A DNA stretch of 64,000 bases from Amphiscolops sp. MND2022 (taxonomy: Eukaryota), in contig OZ076411.1 of NCBI GenBank assembly GCA_964187785.1, forward strand, positions 23,064,001 through 23,128,000. The letters are read 5' to 3'. Positions within the stretch are counted from its first letter, which is position 1. Each line of letters opens with the position of its first letter. This document shows, piece after piece, positions 63,605-64,000 of the stretch. The notes below the pieces were generated by a model. The model did not search any database and was not told the origin of the DNA. It saw only the letters and a program-made list of their open reading frames with translations. A program made the translations under genes and the position numbers.

Positions 63605-64000
63605 GATTTAAAATTTTTTATCACTTTTTTGAAAAATTTTAAAAAAACGCCCAGGTCAATTGGTGCTAACAAGTTACAAACAAAGTCTTTACTATTGCGA
63701 TAAGCAAGTGTTATGGGAAAGTGCGCGTGCTTTTTTTTCCGCGCGACAAATCTCTCATTTCACGCGGCAAGTCGCAGATTTCACGCGTTCGTGGTCTAGT
63801 GGTAAGATGCTTGCTTTTCAACCCAGAGGTTTCGTGTTCGACCCGTGGGTATGCGCTTCTTTTTTTACAAGTATTCCGAGGCAGGAGGTTCTCACTTTTT
63901 TCGGCACTATGAGAATTTTGGGCGTTGTGAGACTTTTTTAGAAATTTTTAAATGTCCCCAAAGAGTCCTCCTTTCGATTTTTTTGATATCTTGCACCAGA
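63602..64000 (-). mobile_element. Second copy of the tRNA-carrying HINE-like subfamily (runs off window)
   Basis: Matches 57633-58031 with one substitution seen. Confidence 0.8.
63785..63856 (+). pseudogene. tRNA-derived sequence, copy 2
   Basis: Identical to 57816-57887. Confidence 0.55.

Overview
Eukaryotic (invertebrate metazoan) genomic DNA, AT-rich and repeat-dense, with a 200-N scaffold gap at 5552-5751. The one clear host gene is an intron-containing CEP350 (CAP350) orthologue on the + strand. It has 18 in-phase GT-AG exons from 29267 to the stop at 48878 (about 2,900 aa) and a tentative upstream ATG exon at 27784. The first 29 kb is a nest of mostly decayed retroelements: Gypsy gag remnants, a CRE/RLE-type fragment, a 2-kb internally deleted LTR element, a truncated Copia, a hairpin-rich repeat cluster at 18.5-22 kb, and a near full-length APE-RT LINE (22029-27126). 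A 5'-truncated Penelope-like element has inserted into that LINE as a 257-bp inverted repeat with a 12-bp TSD, and each arm carries a hammerhead-ribozyme-like core. A non-autonomous family resembling Helentron/DINE-1 elements occurs in at least 12 copies, several inside CEP350 introns and some carrying tRNA-like modules. The last 15 kb holds a Tc1 deletion derivative, degenerate tandem repeats and a Gypsy 5' end. All calls come from reading the sequence and remembered family motifs; no database searches were run. I found no evidence of a wholly new system. The best leads are the Penelope/hammerhead palindrome, the repeat family with a structurally conserved terminal hairpin, and inverted repeats bracketing two CEP350 exons.
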